From Geosiphon pyriformis uo1 (lineage: Eukaryota > Fungi > Glomeromycota), in contig JAAOMT010000594.1 of NCBI GenBank assembly GCA_016748015.1, positions 244,592 to 308,591 of the forward strand: a stretch of 64,000 nt of DNA, given 5' to 3'. The translations under genes were made by a program, and so were the position numbers. The stretch's first letter is position 1; each line of letters opens with the position of its first letter. The notes below the pieces were generated by a model. The model was not told the origin of the DNA. It ran no database searches and worked only from the letters and a program-made list of their open reading frames with translations. Below are positions 39,511 to 53,900 of the stretch, piece after piece.

Positions 39511-41402
39511 TTATTGAGATGGAAGGAGAGCTAAGGAACCTGCACCAGAACACAGATGATCCAACCTTTCCAAAACTGAACTGATTAAGACCTCAAAAGC
39601 TACCATTTTCAATTCCAATCCACCCACTTTGGAGGTCAAAACCTTGGAAAAACTTGAGCTAGAATCATGGATCACATCATCAACAGCTGAGAGAAGAAGA
39701 GCAGAAGCCAATAACATATTATTCACAGCCATATCCACATCCAAATGCAGCACCAAAGAGAGGGAGGTGGCCAGAGGAGGAACACTAAAAGGGGTTATCA
39801 TTAGTATCAGTCCCATGCCACTCAACTTTTTTAATATACCAGACACCCAATCTATTAAGAACTCCAAGAAGCGTTCCAAAATGGCTAGATGAGCATTCAA
39901 AGAAGAGTTGTTATCTGAAGTGAAAAGGAAGCCAATGTTAGAATCTGAGGCACCAGAAAGAAGAAAACTAGAACCAAAACCTGAACTGAAATGAGAACCA
40001 TCAGAAGGACCAGCAAGTAAGACCACCTGGGCCCAAAATTTGCCACCAAAAGTAGTGGGGCAAGATATTAAAACACTTTTTTTTTCATACAACTTTGCCA
40101 ATTGAAGATGACGTTTATTAGATGCAACCCTTTTAAATGTTCTTGGAGGTGCAGATGGGGACACAACAGGTGCATCACATTCCAGAGCAGAATGATCAAA
40201 CTTTCTGCATTTCTCACACCAAACCAGATCTATTCTTGCCCAAGAGAGTTTAACTCCACCAAAAATTGGCTCTGTACAAAAGACAGATTTCAGATTATTA
40301 TCAAATTCAAAACCAACTACAGCACAACAAATCCTATTACCAGTTTCCAGAGATCTGTTTATGACACAAGTTTTCCCACCAGTCTTTTTCAGAAGAGTCC
40401 CAAGATCATGTGCTGTCGTTCTCACCAACAAAGTAAACAAAAGTGCCCTGAACTGATTCCTTGATGCCCAAGTCTCATAATTTCTCACTGCTTTGGCTAT
40501 GCACACAGAATCCTTACCAATCAGGAATAATCACTTAGAGGCTAACAAATCAGCTTGGCTTAATTCAGCAAACTCTACCACAGCTTTTTGCCACATCCCA
40601 ATCAGTTGAATTTTGATCAACTTAATTTCCCCAAATTCGGATACTGTGGCAACAATCATATCTTTAGGTGTGTTTATGAGAATTTTTTTAATTACTACAG
40701 TCTGATCTGACCTCATTCCTTGTCTCTTAAGATCACTGTTTACATCAATTCTCTTTTCTCTGGCCAATGATGCAGTCATTTCCAAGCTTTTTTCTGAAGT
40801 AAATGTCAATCGGATGATTCCTTCAAATTTTGAGAGGGTAGTGACCCCCCCAAAACCATTGATTGACAAAAAAATTTTTCTGATGTATTGAGTCTTTGCC
40901 ATTACAGATTTCTTCTTAATAGCATTAAGATTGATGTCAAGAACAAAAGATTTTCTGACAGAAACTTCAATTTGAGATTTGACAATTTTTGGGTCAACCC
41001 ATTTTTTTCAAGAGAAATTTTAAGAGAGAGAGGGAGTGGCACATTATCTTCATCCATTTCATAATCAATTGAGCCAAGAGGAGAGCCACAAACCAGATTA
41101 GAAGTAGCTTTTTAAGCTTTAAGAGTGTTTGTTGTCAAACCAAAGAAAGAACTATGGCCAGCACCAAGAGAAATATTATCATCTCCACTATCACCAGATA
41201 TACTGTCTATATCCGAATACACACCATGACTAGGATCAGATTTGACCAAAAAAATATCTTTTTCATCTTCAGAGTGTTTGATATTACCAACAGAAACCTT
41301 TTTCTTTTGAGAAAAAGAACCCCCAACAGGACCATAAAGAACTCTTATGGGCGCCTTCTTTTTAGGCATAGTACTATCTGAAGCAACAACCAGATTTACC
41401 AC
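39511..41402 (-). pseudogene. LINE ORF1 (RRM-like segments plus CCHC knuckle)
   Basis: ORF pieces 41112, 40531 and 39511 are colinear; CEKCRKFDHSALEC; stop overlaps the probable ORF2 start (ATAA, ancestral ATGA). Confidence 0.85.
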
Positions 41403-41949
41403 AAAAGGATTATTTGATTGAGAAATGTTTGCAAGAGACAGTAAGAAAAATAAAAAACTTCTTTTTCGAAAAAATGCTTTTTGAAGATTTTTGAAGATAA
41501 GAAAGAAAGAAGTTTTTTTTTATAAAATTTTAATAGTTTATATATAATATTAATTAAAAAAAAACATAAAATTATTCTTATAATTTTACTATTAATTAAT
41601 ATATATATTATAAATTTATATTTTATTATTTAATATTTAATTAAATTAAAATAAATCTAGTTGTAACAATCTATTACGTAAAACAACTTCGAAAATAACT
41701 TTAATTAAAATTGAAAATTTTATTAAATTTAAAAAAAATAACATGTAATAATAATATATATTATTTATTTTTATTGAACAAATTAAAGTTGAATTATTAA
41801 TTTCATTAAAAATAAATGCAATATTTAATTATTGCAAAGTAAAAAATAAACAAATAATTAATTAAATATTATTTAGTTTTGACATTTTGCACTATTGTGT
41901 TTTGAAAGACTATATCTATTACAAGTGTATTTTATGTATGGTTTTCTTT

Positions 41950-42540
41950 TTTTTTAGTACTATTATTATTAACCAAACCAGTTTTTTTTATATCAACTCT
42001 ATGTTTAGATTTCACAAACCAAATTTTTAAATAATGCTTTTCTACCAAATATTTTACTAATTTAACCATTGTTATAACAGGTTTTTTTTTTCTTAAGTAC
42101 TATAATAGTCTTACTACATTAATTTCTTAACATAAAGTCTTTGCAAACCACAGTATACAATTCCATATCTAATAAACACTTGGAAATAGTCTCCAAAATG
42201 GTAAAAAAAAAATTATAGATACCAACCAAAAAGATTTAGACAGTTGAAGCTTCCACCAAAATTTTTTTACAAATATTAGTGTTATTAACACAAATGAAAA
42301 CATGGTTTGACAATTCAACTTTATCACAAAATAAATACAAAATTCTAAGATATAATTTATTATATAACCTCTTTCTAACAGTTATTAGCAGCTGTTTATA
42401 TATAGCTTTCATTAAATAGATGTGCAAATTGGCTAATTTTTTGCTAGTAAACTCAGACAACATGTGTAAATCAAAATACCAAATCTGTGTAATAAACACT
42501 ATATTATTAAAAACCAAATTATTATAATAAAAGTATTAGA
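41950..42540 (-). mobile_element. Decayed LINE ORF2 C-terminal fragment
   Basis: ORF 42236-42517 (DLHMLSEFTS...RKRLYNK...NHVFIC) is paralogous to 28052-28738. Confidence 0.75.
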
Positions 42541-43541
42541 AAACTTACTTGTATTATTTATTAAATAAAATTATTATTCATTAGCTGAATTTTTTTAAAA
42601 AATAATTTTTGATTAAAATTATTCATGTTATTACTAATTAATAAAAACTTTATTGTAAAATTAAAAAAAATACTAAAAAATCATTAATATTTTATGTTTC
42701 TAGATTAAAAAAACATTTTAGATAATTACAAAAATAGCCTTAGAAAAAATTTTAACAACAATAAATAAAATTCAGATTAGTTTTTGGAAAAAAATACATA
42801 AATACATAACAATAATTAGAAATTAAGAAAGAATTTACATTGCAATAACAACAAAAAGTTTTTAATATTATATTAGTATTATTATACAGCAAAAATTAAA
42901 GAACTTATAAGAGATTAATCATAGTTAAATCGGAAGTATTAACAATTAATATACCAAAAAAACACTTTTATAACATTGTAAATAAAACTGTTGTTTTAAT
43001 TAACTTAGATAGCTGATTATGTATAAAAAGTACATAAGTTACACTTATTTTAAAGTTTTTTATAACTGTATTGTAGTAGATAATGGTTGGATTACATTAT
43101 TAAAGCAAAATAAAATAAAATTAATTATTATTTTAAAATTAATAATTATATTTATATATTAAAGTAACAAAAATTAAATAAATTTTGTTTATTTAAATTT
43201 TTTAACTATAAATTAATTAGCAAATAAATAATAAAATATTAATTTAATAATCATCGTAAAATTTTTTTAAATATTGCTTTTTAAAACATTTTGTATTTAA
43301 ATGTAAATAAGAATTATGAATTTTCGCAAAAAAATTTTCAAAAGCAAAAATAGAATCTTGTTCATTTGCAATCCACAAAACATCATAGTTTGAAAATCTG
43401 CAAAAACCTGCAAAAGCGAATTTTTGTCTTGATTTAGCATATTGTATGAGTAATCAAACTTTTTAATTTTGGGTCAAACTAATATTCAATTTTTACGCCT
43501 TAACTAGAATTAGGTCATAGGATGATCAATTATAAAGTAAT

Positions 43542-45895
43542 TTAATCATCCACCAACACGATTCTACCCTCAATGACTGGCGCTACTGTAACCCAATCCT
43601 TCATAAATTCTGACCTTGCCTTTGTTGACTCAGATTCAGATACTAAAGAGATTTCTTCGCCCATCGACATATGTAACGCATCAGATATGTTACGATGTGA
43701 GGCGGTTTTCTTGGTGAATTTTTTCCATGTACTTGCCGCTTTTAAAACTGCCTCACGTGAACGTTCTTCACATGATTTATTAAATCGCATTGCGTTCACA
43801 TAATAGAGGCCTATGAAATACCGATGAACCAGGGTCGATAGAATGATTCCATTTTCATCATCTATGAGGTATTTGGTTGTTGGCAGTGCAAGAGAACGAA
43901 AGCCATCATATCCTGCAGCCATATAAGCACGTGTGGATACCGTATATATTTTTTTCATATCAAGCTCTCCGATTATGTTGAGTTTCGAATCATTTTCGGA
44001 TTCCTCTGCGGCTAAGTATTCATCCATTTCTGGCAAATTCTTATGCCTTGGAAGGCGCGTTTCCGTCTGCCAGACATTACGCAAACGTTTTCCAGGTTCT
44101 GCTTCTGGATTATAGGCGATTTTTAGCCCACTGAAAATTGGAAATCTTCCTTCTTGCTTTGGAACCATAGAAACACCATTCTCCAATGCATCCCATAATT
44201 GCTGGCCAGTGATCATGATAACCACAATAGTATCCTCAAATGGGAATATTTCTAAGAGGTCACCCATTGTAATCTCCCCGGCTGTATTTGCAATCAAAAA
44301 AAGTTTTCACTAGAAAGAAATGCGATGGATCGAATCATAAGGAGAAAGATAACTTTACGTGGATATATAGTATCCGATCTTATAGTACCGCCACACATTA
44401 ATGAGCAATCGATGTTGTGATTGATACATGGGGCATATGCACATAGCATTAAATCGGCTATAAAATTTCCAAAAGCAGACTCTTGAGTACGAACGATGGT
44501 TGATCTGCAATCCCAGGGTGTAGTGGTATACGTTATAGGCCTTGACATTCTGTCCGAGATTTCTGAAGTCGCCTTAACAATTATCTCGGACATATTAGAA
44601 TCTTTCAGAATAGCCGAATTAATTTCTTTACGAGTTACTGTTTATTAAATCAAAAGGGTCAATCCGAGCGTATTTGCCTGTTAAAAGGAAACACATCACC
44701 AATCATATTTATCTACCTAATATACTCTTGATGGTTTTATTCTTCCCACCATCCCCATCTCGACTCACCACATCCACATGAATATCTAAAAGACTTAATT
44801 CCCTGAAATCTGTTCCACTTTTAACCACCCTTACTCCATCATCATCTTCACTTCCATCTATTTCATCACGAGTCCAACCTTCTACAACCTGGCATCCTTT
44901 CCCAATATAATAAAAATGATCATGCCTTTGGTTTTACGTACAAAACCCAAAAAATCGAAAATTTATTAGCAATTTATTTCAAAGCAGAGTAGCCTGATGT
45001 TGTGAATATATAAATGATGAAAGCATACCCTCCTAGAATTAAATCAATATCATCTTTACATTTTTTGGCTAATATGATATCGTTTGGAAGCCGAGAGTGC
45101 GTGAGTGCAATTACGAGATCGACGGCATACGGACCATTTGGATCACGGAGCATTGTAGATAACTGTTTTCCAACAGTCACAAAATCAATATATTTTAACG
45201 TTGGCGGAAGACTAAAAGTTGTTCGTAACTATCAGCGTTTAGAGTCCCACATTATCTGACACAGACAAAGCTTGAACTAACCTAGGAATCGTTTCCAACC
45301 ATTCTCTAATAAATAAATAAATAATCTCAACAATTAAAAGCCTTTAATTCAGAATAAAGTTGGATCTGACACGCCAAGCAAAATATTTACTTTTCCACTA
45401 AGCCAAGAACACCGATTCTAAGCCCACTTTTTTCAAGAATAAACCATTTTTTTCCTCCGGCTAATGGATCATCAGTCTCAGAATCCACTACATTAGACAA
45501 AAGCCATGGAAATTTTGTCTGATGTATCAGTGTGGTCAGGGTAGGCAAACCGAAATCAAAATCGTGATTTCCAAAGGATGCCACGTCAATGCCTAATTCG
45601 TTTAATGCAGGAATCTTACGATAGAACTTACATTTTAGCGCAAAACATTACACTCACATCAAAAAAGAAATAATATTATGATTTTTCAAACCATGTGTTG
45701 GCCTTTGCTAATACTGCTCTCGATTGATGGATTGAATGCATCTCCACTAAACAAAACACAGCTTGTATCTACTTCATACTGCTTCCGAAAATTTTGCACA
45801 GCCGTGGCAAACCTTGCCGCTCCACCTACTGGTTCATGCTTTTGCGCTTGAAGATGATAGACATCATTAAAATGAAGAATGTGAATTTCAGGCAT
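43542..45895 (-). CDS. 5'-nucleotidase family protein (calcineurin-like metallophosphoesterase plus 5'-nucleotidase C domain), 7 exons, no signal peptide
   Basis: Exons 45895-45692, 45614-45391, 45305-45282, 45211-45029, 44925-44717, 44637-44359 and 44281-43542 with GT-AG introns. Motifs HFNDVYH, SGDAFNPS, GNHDFDFG, THSR, GGHDH, GTIRSD, GRFP, GYDGF. Confidence 0.93.
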
Positions 45896-46992
45896 CTTGG
45901 CTTCCGATGATTTCAGATTAGTCGATTTTGCGTTGGTAAATCTCAGATGGTGATTAACCCACGGAAGTTTAAATGGATCGAGATGAAATAAATACAATTT
46001 TCGAACGACGATCCTTCCATACTGGAAGAAAGATAAACAGCTTTTTTAAGAACCTCAAATCGTTTATGCATCTACACGCGCATATATTTACAGATTTACA
46101 TCAATGCTAGAGCTCCTTTGATCATGTACAGAAATAGAAATATATATACAAATTATCCCACTATAACCTTCATCATTCTTTGTTACGCTAGTGACGATTA
46201 TGAAAATTGTTGATCACAATTGAGGTGTCAATTGCTAACGAAAGGGAAAAATGTGTTGCTGCAAAGTACTTATCAAACTCTGCAATTTTCTTTATCAGTC
46301 AAACAAGTTATTCAATTTTACTGATTATATGTATTAGATTAATATTGTGTTTTAGGAATTTATAAAAAGTTCATTATAATTATTATTATTAGTTTTCTCT
46401 TGTGAAAGCTCGGAATATCAATTTCACAATCCTAACCGAAATCCCAAGTTACTTTTAGGTGCCAAGTGCATTTTGCGTCTTACACCTCGTATGCAAAACG
46501 TAATTTTAAAATTAAAAAAGAAGTGATAAAGGACAGATTCAAAAGGGAGATAAAAAAAGACAAGACTGTACAACAACCCATCCAAAAATAATTCGAAATA
46601 TTGAAAAATCGGAAGAACAGGCAAGAAAGGTGTGAGAACAAAAAAGGATCAAGGTAATAATTAAAATTTGAGGAAGAAAGGGGCGGACTGAGAATTGTGG
46701 GAATTATTACTATAAGCGTAAATATACCACGAAGAAATAGTTCTTCGACCGAAAGAGTAAAATCCACCATATAATATGCTGATTAGATTAATATTTTCGA
46801 CAAGTTGAAAATATTTCTGATAGCTTTTAAAAAAATAATAAAAATACACGAAAATTGAAATCCTACACTCGCTATACACGTGGCGGTTTTCGTTTCGACA
46901 GGAGTTTACTTCTGTTCCTTCGGTTTCATTATTGGGGTTTTCGCTTTTTGTGGATCCAATCTTTTTCTTTACAATAAATTGGTTAAGGTAAA

Positions 46993-48885
<1,893 letters not shown>

Positions 48886-49776
48886 TATTGATTTAAAAGA
48901 CGTATTTAATATCAGATATAAAATATCCGAAAAATTATGTTTTACGTCTTTGGTTCTTTTGCAGGAACTAAAGGCACTGCACAAGTATAACTGATAACAC
49001 TAGAATATTTTTCGTAAAGGCTGTCAAAGTTTTCAAAGACAATGGCTGTAGTCACTTTTGAGTTCTCAAGGATGTCGGAAATTATCCGGCAGATTTTTGT
49101 ACTTTCCAATAAAAATTTCCGACACTAAATGTCAAGACTAACAGTGAAAAGATAAGATCACAAGAGTGTATTATTATGATAGCAAATAGCAGATAGATTG
49201 GTAAAACAACAATAGAATATCTTTTATAGATCACTACTATCGTGGCTTTCCGGCCAACTCTTCTCTCAAAAATGGCCTATCGGAAAATTTTTTTCGTAGA
49301 TTCCATAATTCCAAACTATGAAGACTTGCAGGATATCAATTTAATAAAAGCCGAAATTGATCATGTGGCAAGTTAACCAAACCGACCAATCATGCTGCAC
49401 ATCGATCAAACCAAAAATGCATTGTACAGAAACGGATTGTAACCAGTTACACAATAATCAACCTATATATTTATTTCCCACAAGAGTTCGCGATTTTTGA
49501 CTGCTTGTCAAGACAGCTCTTCTCTCGCGCGAGGATAATGAAAATATTGGCAATAAATTAAGCTTAAGCGAAAGCAAAGCATATGTTCGACACAATTTCT
49601 TACTGTAATTATTATTACACCTTGCAAGAAAATCTGCATATTTTGACTTTTGTGCTAAATTGCAACAATTCCTCGCTAGACTATAGTTATGACAAATTGG
49701 AAAACTTTGAAAAATAATTTTTTTAAAATCAAAACACAGCTATAGCTATAAAGACCAAGTCAGCTTTTAGATAAAC

Positions 49777-50406
49777 ATGCAATTATCGCGTTTTTCAAAA
49801 TTCATCCATACTCCCCAGCTCTTTTCAACTTGTCGCAATTTCCATTTTGATCACTCTTTTTCCCTTTTATCTGTTAAATCTCTTTCCAGAAATCTTCCTT
49901 CCTCCTCCCCTTTACTTTCACTCGTTCAAAAAGCTCACCTTGCCTTCTACTCAACACCAACCACTACTCGAGGTGTTCCTACAGTTTACGAAGTTGATAA
50001 GGATTATTGGTCATTGAAAACTACCATTGATGACATCCGCGCTAAGTATGGTCTAATGGGAGGAAACCATATTAAAGATCCTAACCTCGATCAACATTCA
50101 GATCTTGAACTTGAAGTTGACTTAACAGCCGCAGATGTGGAAAAATTAGGACAAATTCAATCGTTGCTACAAAATGCAGCGCTTGACTTGGAGCGTTTGA
50201 TGTCTTCAGTCCTTGGACCTGATGGTAAGCCCAAGAAACAAATTTGGTTAACCGAGGATGATGATGTATCGGGTCATGCTGTGGATGCCATCAAGAGCTT
50301 TCATGAGAATCGTGTCGCAGGCGATGTTGATTTGCACGCATATAATTTGGAGGAGATTAAGGAAGAGAAGCCGGTTGGTTATCAAGACTTTTTTGGGAAA
50401 AAATAA
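49777..50406 (+). CDS. Intronless 209-aa protein of unknown function, probable mitochondrial presequence
   Basis: Clean ATG-TAA ORF after AAAC; S/L/R/K-rich, acid-poor N-terminus; acidic helical C-terminal half; CpG retained like the neighbouring genes. Confidence 0.75.
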   Translation: MQLSRFSKFIHTPQLFSTCRNFHFDHSFSLLSVKSLSRNLPSSSPLLSLVQKAHLAFYSTPTTTRGVPTVYEVDKDYWSLKTTIDDIRAKYGLMGGNHIKDPNLDQHSDLELEVDLTAADVEKLGQIQSLLQNAALDLERLMSSVLGPDGKPKKQIWLTEDDDVSGHAVDAIKSFHENRVAGDVDLHAYNLEEIKEEKPVGYQDFFGKK

Positions 50407-50954
50407 GATCTGCTATCAGAAAATTTAAAATCAGTGTATTTAATCCGATATCAAAATTTGGAATTGAATTTCATAATTGCTTGGGGTAAATTTCGTTGTT
50501 GGGTAGCTTATTATTCAAAGCATTAATATTCATTGGAATAGTGTGAATGGATCTAATAAGATGCATAATACTTGAAAATTGAAAATCTCGGTGAAATTTA
50601 ATTATTTACAAATGAGATTTTGGTCTTGTAAATGAACCTGAAGATTCAATTCAACTGAAGATTCTCAAAATTGCAACATTAAAACATTATATGAAGTTTG
50701 ACCTTTTTTCATTACTCATTGGGAACAATCTCAAATGTATGTCAAATCGCATGGAAAATAGTTATGAAAAATTTTATTAACCATTAAAGATAAAAATTCA
50801 TTTTTACATTTTTAATGGCATATCAGTAATATTTCCGAAACTTTTTCAAGTTTGCTATTACAATCTGGAATTTACTAAACGTAGCAAATAATATCTAAAT
50901 TATTATTGTCCTGGGGATAGTGTTCATTGTAGCAAGGGGAAATTCATCTAATTT

Positions 50955-53900
50955 TCATTCGCCATGTTTGGTGATAAATATATAATATCGCTCTGTTTGC
51001 CCCTCACCCAATGTTGGAACTACTCCATTGCCACCAGGTTTCTCATTCACATTAGCGGCTGAATAATCATTTGTTATCAAGGGAGCAGACACCCAAATGT
51101 CAATATTATTTACTCCTGGACTCAATTGGGTTGTAAAAGTGAGGTGGCTGATAGAGGGTGCATTCGGAAACGACATTTTTCCCATGTTGCTTACTTTCAG
51201 TCCATCATGATAAACATAAAGAGCGACGGCCTTTGGAACAGGTAGTAATAAATTCGAAGCAAGTATTGGAATTAACGTGACATGACTCGCCGTTGACCCC
51301 AATGTGATACTATGAGCATTATGCTTGGTATCCAAAGACATTGCGAATGATTGGTCACTCGCCTCAACACCAATTCCTTGGAGCAATGGTAAGCCTGATA
51401 ATGAATTCATTTAGTTTCCCCGCCAAAACCTATCAATGATTACAAGTAATTGACTTCCACTAACTTCGTTTAGAATCCAGAGAAGAAGCATCGTATACCC
51501 GAGAAATCTGAATAGGGAGATTTGTTTGTGAAAGCATAGGTGTCACATTCCTTTCTATAGCACTATTATCATTGCGTTGCTGGATAATAATATATGAATT
51601 AGAAGTGCTTGCTTTCGATAAGGGTTTGCTTAAAGCCAGTTCATTTAATTCAATATCAGGATGAGATTTGTTATCAAAAGCTATTTCGCTTTCAGATCCA
51701 TTGTCAGAGTACACTTCTTCTCTTGAGCGCTTTCTTTCATTTGGCAAGCTTGCAGTCTCTTCATCATTTATAGTTGAGTTGTTGGGTGAAATCACATTTT
51801 CAATAGATCCACCGGAATTGATATCCTCTTTCATAGAGTTATGTACTGGTGTCTTTGAAGGTATTTGATCAACCAATTTGACTCTTAAACGGGGCGACTG
51901 ACTGGTCTTTCTTTCTACATCATGTGCTTCTTTAACACGAATCTTAATTTTCCCAGTGTCGCTGGATTTTTGGGAGCTGATAAGGCTTGTTTGCTTACTT
52001 ATTGGAGGAGGTAGCTTTATTTCCGCCGTTCCTGGGGAGGGTGAAAAATTAGGTGCTGGTATACGAATTTTGTGAGAAACTGGTGCCTCGATTAATTCAA
52101 TTGGTACTGGGAGATACTGAGCGTATGCAGAAACCGCGGATTTTGCTTCATGATTTCTTGCAAGAGACCTTGGTGCGTCCAAAGGAATAATTCTCACAGG
52201 GTTGACCGTATGAACAGAAAGAGTATTACTCCAATCACTGATTGGCTTAAAAAATTTGGAGGCAACTGCATATGAAGATTCACATACAAAGACATCCTTA
52301 TCATCGAATCCTTCAGGATAACCTAAATAAAATGGGAATGATATATTAATGAAAAAACATGCTCAGATCCAATCCACCATTAAAAACCATCTCATTACCA
52401 TGAATATAATCTTCGATATGCATGACAAGACATTTTCCGATAATGTCCATCAGCATATGCTCCTCAATAACTGATGTTTTAAAGACTTCTTTTTCAAAGA
52501 ATCTCAAACATAGATCATGTTCAGTCTGAAACACAATAACAGTAATCGATAGAAATCTTGCAATAATCAATTGAAAACCAAGGCTTGAACAAATAATAGA
52601 GCTCTTACCTGGTCAGGTCGAAAAAACATAGAGCCCGCAAACCTTTTTTGCAATCTATATATGTATGTGTTTTGTATAATTGGTGTTGCTGAAATTTTTC
52701 ACAAGCTTAAAATCTTTAAAAGGCTTACTTTGAGTTCATGAATAACCTTTCAATGACAATGATGTTGTGACTTGAACTATTAGGATCTGGTACATATACA
52801 AAATCACCTGATGGTATAAAAAAGAGCTAATTTTATTATTAAGAGCTAAATATGAATGATGAAGAGGTATGGGACAGGTTTGTAAATATACCTATTCCAT
52901 ATGTAACCGACTGATATTCTAATGTCAAAATCGGTCTTCTTGTCTGCCATAGAAATATTTTAGCAACAACTATTACATGAAAGTTTCAATTATGAAATTA
53001 TGAAATTCTTTAACCTCTGGTGATGAAATCCGAGTATTTGGCATTGGAGTATTTTTGTTGTATTGTGGGGTTGAAGGTGTCGAGACTAAATCGAACCCAC
53101 ATGCTTTAAAAAGTGATCTTTTGTTGTTGTTATACAATTTCTGGAAAAGTTCAAAAAATTGTATGAAGTGGTTATAGAAGAGAAAAGAAAATATTCATAC
53201 AAAAAAACGTTATTTCAGCACCCGCCTGTAATAATCTGGCATCTTTAAAAATGCGCGACCCATCTTCATTAAAATACATGGCATTTTCAAAAATGAATTG
53301 AAAATCTCGATCGAAATCATGAATTGACGTATATCCTTTTGTAATTTTGCGCTAAATAAATTTAAGTTAATACAATGAGATTCAGAGGTTGATAATATTG
53401 TTGTAAAACTCGAATGCTCAAATTTTACTAACCAGTATAATGTTGAAAGAAATTGGGTTTTCAATGGCCTGGTAGTATTCCGGATATTGCTCTTTGGAAG
53501 GTAGATCCATGAACAATTCGGAATATAGCCGACCACTAAATAATGGGATTATTATTTCGGCTATGACCTAATGCAAACCCCATTTCTGATTCTATTGCAA
53601 TTACCTGCTATCACGATGATCGACAAGCAGCTGCCATAAATCTTTCATTAAATGATTGACTTCAGGATTGAGCTGTTCCGTCATAGACTGATCTTGATGG
53701 AAATTTTGCTTTTCAAGAATTGCAATGTTTATTGGAAAATTTTGCTTGACGGAAATGAATGAACCTTTCAGAATTGATTCTTTTACCAGCTGTGCTTGAG
53801 GCATTGGAATAGACTGAATGTAATCCACAGATTTTCCTACAGCTGTTTCCTGATTTTCTTCATTGTAATCCGTAATACCCTCACGAATTTTTTTTGTAGT

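Larger units (their letters stand above)
28020..39514 (-). pseudogene. LINE ORF2: APE endonuclease, RT, RNase H, C-terminal Cys/His motif (split by element C at 32652-38987)
   Basis: ATCNVRDIN, FTETKL, LGGNFN, IDYVFVS...DYKAV (APE); QNMQKAYD, GLDQGEVFSPLLW, FVDD (RT); VYMDGS...ELQAIALAL...LDNQAAL (RNase H); CLYC...DHVFSC. Confidence 0.93.
27880..41519 (-). mobile_element. Full-length LINE (ORF1 plus APE-RT-RNaseH-Cys ORF2), inactivated, interrupted by element C
   Basis: (TAAA)n/poly-A 3' tail at 27880-27900; pyrimidine-rich 5' UTR ~41410-41519; candidate TSD TTATAAAATTTT at 27872-27883 and 41520-41531. Confidence 0.92.
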
